From positions 20,595,292 through 20,659,291 of the forward strand of contig OZ316898.1 in the NCBI GenBank assembly GCA_973895155.1: a stretch of 64,000 bases of DNA, written 5' to 3'. This DNA is from Marsupella aquatica (Eukaryota > Plantae > Marchantiophyta). The notes under the pieces were generated by a model that was given only the letters and a program-made list of their open reading frames with translations, was not told where the DNA came from and ran no database searches. This document shows positions 62,590 to 64,000 of this stretch, piece by piece. The position numbers and the translations under genes are program-made. Each line of letters begins with the position of its first letter. Within the stretch, counting starts at the first letter, position 1.

Positions 62590-64000
62590 CCACTTGGGTG
62601 ATTCAGTGGTTTTATAAAACACGGCTCGCACCACTGCAATGAGAGTGGTATAAGCAGTGCTTTAATTCTTGTCATCTCAAAGCACCTGATTATGAGTGGA
62701 TTCTGAGTGGGTTCTTCAAGTTGCAAAGACCCAAGCTAAGAGGGCTGGCACATTGTATTTATAATTTTAGAACATGGGGTGCCAATGGTAGGCTCATGAT
62801 TTTTGGTTGTAGCCTTCCTCATTCCTCCAACTTAGCTCCATCACATTGCTCCTGAAGGACAGCTCTAACACAATGGCCTCCCAGTTTGAGCAAAACCACC
62901 CACCCCATCACACAAGAAATCAAAAGGTGCTAAGTTTTGGGGCACATAGAAGTTGAGCAACTCCTTCCACCACCTTTAGCAACATCACTCCAAGAGTTTG
63001 TGGAATTGGAGAAATAGAGTTAGTGGGTGACCCTACCATGTACCACTGGTGAAACCACTCAGACCTCTTAGTGGTTTTATAAAACATGGCTCGCACCACT
63101 GCAATGAGAGTGGTATAAAGCAGTGCTTTAATTCTTGTCATCTCAAAGCACCTGATTATGAGTGGATTCTGAGTGGGTTCTTCAAGTTGCAAAGACCCAA
63201 GCTAAGAGGGCTGGCACATTGTATTTATAATTTTAGAACATGGGGTGCCAATGGTAGGCTCATGATTTTTGGTTGTAGCCTTCCTCATTCCTCCAACTTA
63301 GCTCCATCACATTGCTCCTGAAGGACAGCTCTAACACAATGGCCTCCCAGTTTGAGCAAAACCACCCACCCCATCACACAAGAAATCAAAAGGTGCTAAG
63401 TTTTGGGGCACATAGAAGTTGAGCAACTCCTTCCACCACCTTTAGCAACATCACTCCAAGAGTTTGTGGAATTGGAGAAATAGAGTTAGTGGGTGACCCT
63501 ACCATGTACCACTGGTGAAACCACTCAGACCTCTTAGTGGTTTTATAAAACATGGCTCGCACCACTGCAATGAGAGTGGTATAAAGCAGTGCTTTAATTC
63601 TTGTCATCTCAAAGCACCTGATTATGAGTGGATTCTGAGTGGGTTCTTCAAGTTGCAAAGACCCAAGCTAAGAGGGCTGGCACATTGTATTTATAATTTT
63701 AGAACATGGGGTGCCAATGGTAGGCTCATGATTTTTGGTTGTAGCCTTCCTCATTCCTCCAACTTAGCTCCATCACATTGCTCCTGAAGGACAGCTCTAA
63801 CACAATGGCCTCCCAGTTTGAGCAAAACCACCCACCCCATCACACAAGAAATCAAAAGGTGCTAAGTTTTGGGGCACATAGAAGTTGAGCAACTCCTTCC
63901 ACCACCTTTAGCAACATCACTCCAAGAGTTTGTGGAATTGGAGAAATAGAGTTAGTGGGTGACCCTACCATGTACCACTGGTGAAACCACTCAGACCTCT
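62590..64000. repeat. 466-bp tandem repeat (about 3 copies, running off the window), probably CACTA-2 subterminal array
   Basis: Identical ORF-track hits are offset by 466 bp (62920/63386 and 63049/63515). The later copies are near-identical. Confidence 0.93.

Larger units (their letters stand above)
51299..64000 (-). mobile_element. CACTA/En-Spm DNA transposon 2 (3' end at 51299; 5' end beyond the window)
   Basis: CACTAGAAGGAAATG at 51299 interrupts the Gypsy gag. ATGAC-rich subterminal region, TnpD-like and TnpA-like genes, and tandem repeats toward the other end. Predicted 3-bp TSD CTC. Confidence 0.88.

Noticed and set aside
62920-63787. Repeated 90-aa ORFs
   Set aside because: They are by-products of the 466-bp tandem repeat.

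Overview
This window is eukaryotic plant nuclear DNA. It is most likely from a non-seed land plant such as a bryophyte, which is inferred from the gene and TE content. Two host genes sit in a central island: an intronless GT37 fucosyltransferase (21349-23187, +) and an 18-exon ERD6-like sugar transporter (29374-34828, -). Both sides of the island are nested transposon clusters. Left cluster: a CACTA/En-Spm element (end at 12094) inserted into a LINE ORF1; it carries an EDM2-like multi-PHD cargo and an orphan Cys/His ORF that is split by a small 8-bp-TSD MITE. Right cluster: a Ty3/Gypsy retrotransposon (37975-51298, -) interrupted by a young Ty1/Copia with identical LTRs (43996-50527) and by a second CACTA element (51299 to beyond the window). 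The most notable system is the Gypsy element. Its polyprotein has a complete DNMT3/DRM-like C5 cytosine methyltransferase domain between protease and reverse transcriptase, and a PHD finger fused to the integrase C-terminus. It therefore encodes both a DNA-methylation writer and a histone reader. This copy is decayed by nonsense and frameshift mutations.
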